Below, in pieces: positions 63,097 through 64,000 of a stretch of 64,000 bases of DNA (position 1 is its first letter; the number at the start of each line of letters is the position of its first letter). The DNA is from Saccostrea echinata. Lineage: Eukaryota. The translations under genes were made by a program, and so were the position numbers. The DNA lies in assembly GCF_033153115.1 (NCBI RefSeq), contig NW_026889778.1, forward strand, positions 5,828,001-5,892,000, read 5' to 3'. The notes under the pieces were generated by a model, which ran no database searches, was not told the origin of the DNA, and worked only from the letters and a program-made list of their open reading frames with translations.

Positions 63097-64000
63097 TTAT
63101 GCCCCCGTATCGAAGATTCGGGGGTATATAGTTTTTGCCCTGTCCGTCCGTCTGTCTGTCTGTCTGTTTGTTTTTCTGTTTGTCCGCAAGAACTTTAACA
63201 TTGCCCATAACTTTTGATTGGTTGGAGCTATGGCTTTCATATTTCACATGTGTATTTCTTGTGACATGACCTTTCTTTAGGTACCACCATATTTGACCTT
63301 TTGACCTTGGAGTTTGATCCATTTTTGCAAAATTTTACCCAACTTTAACCTTGGCTATAACTTTTGAACAATTGGTGCTAGAGCTTTCATACTTCACATG
63401 TGTAATTCTTTGACAAGACCTTTCTTTGGATACCAACAACTTTGACTCTTTGACCTTGGAGTTTGACCTATTTTTGGAAAACTTTAACACTGGCCATAAC
63501 TTTTGAACGGTATGTGCTAAGGCTTTCATACTTCACATATGTAATCCTTGTGACAAGACCTTCCTTTGGATACCAACAGCTTTGACCCTTTGACCTTGAC
63601 CTTGGAGATTGACCTACATTTGAAAAACTTTAACCTTGGCCATAACTATTGAACCGTTGGAGCTAGCTATAGGGCTTTCATACTTCACATATGTAATCCT
63701 TGTGACAAGACCTTCCTTTGGATACCAACAATTATAATCCATTGACCTTGGAGTTTGACCTACTTTTGAAAAACATAAACCATGGTCATAACTTTTGAAT
63801 GATTGGTGCTTCAGCTTTAATATTTCACCAGAATATTTCTTGTGAGAAGGCCTTTCCTTAGGTACCATTGATTTTGACCATTTGACCTTAACCTTGATGT
63901 TTGACTTACTTTTGAAAAACTTTAACCTTTTCCATATCTATTCAATGGTTGCTGCTAGGGCTCTCATATTTCACAGGTTTATTCCTCGAGACAAGACCTT
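63094..64000 (+). mobile_element. Non-autonomous Helentron/Helitron-N with internal tandem repeats, running off the window
   Basis: TTTTATGCCCCCG..CGGGGGTATA hairpin, (GTCC/GTCT)n microsatellite, then ~140-155 bp units containing TTTGACCTT and CCATAACTTTTG. Confidence 0.75.

Overview
AT-rich eukaryotic (animal) genomic DNA. Repeat and gene content point to a bivalve, probably an oyster (inference). Left end: the first coding exon of an srGAP gene (minus strand) lies head-to-head with a complete four-exon FAM72 gene (plus strand, 149 aa); the two ATGs are 451 bp apart, the arrangement known from the vertebrate SRGAP2-FAM72 locus. Next come two tRNA-containing miniature LTR elements (Helenus-type TRIMs) and a full-length L1/Tx1-type LINE with TSD and poly(A). 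The LINE ORF1 carries two zinc knuckles fused to a C-terminal NADAR (YbiA-like, candidate ADP-ribosylhydrolase/N-glycosidase) domain, which is the most striking finding. Its ORF2 (APE-RT-zf) is split by a ~1 kb TIR element that could be spliced out in frame. The middle and right hold a tandemly duplicated pair of RING-less TRIM-like genes (B-box, B-box, coiled coil, NHL/beta-propeller): four copies, one with a nonsense codon, plus a fifth divergent member on the minus strand. Between and around them are an 8.9 kb foldback structure with minisatellites, Helentron-type elements with ~167 bp satellite arrays, MITEs, SINEs, TSD-less hairpin elements, an RTE relic, a 7x dispersed 15-mer and a 152-N gap. 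All family assignments are by motif recognition, without database searches.
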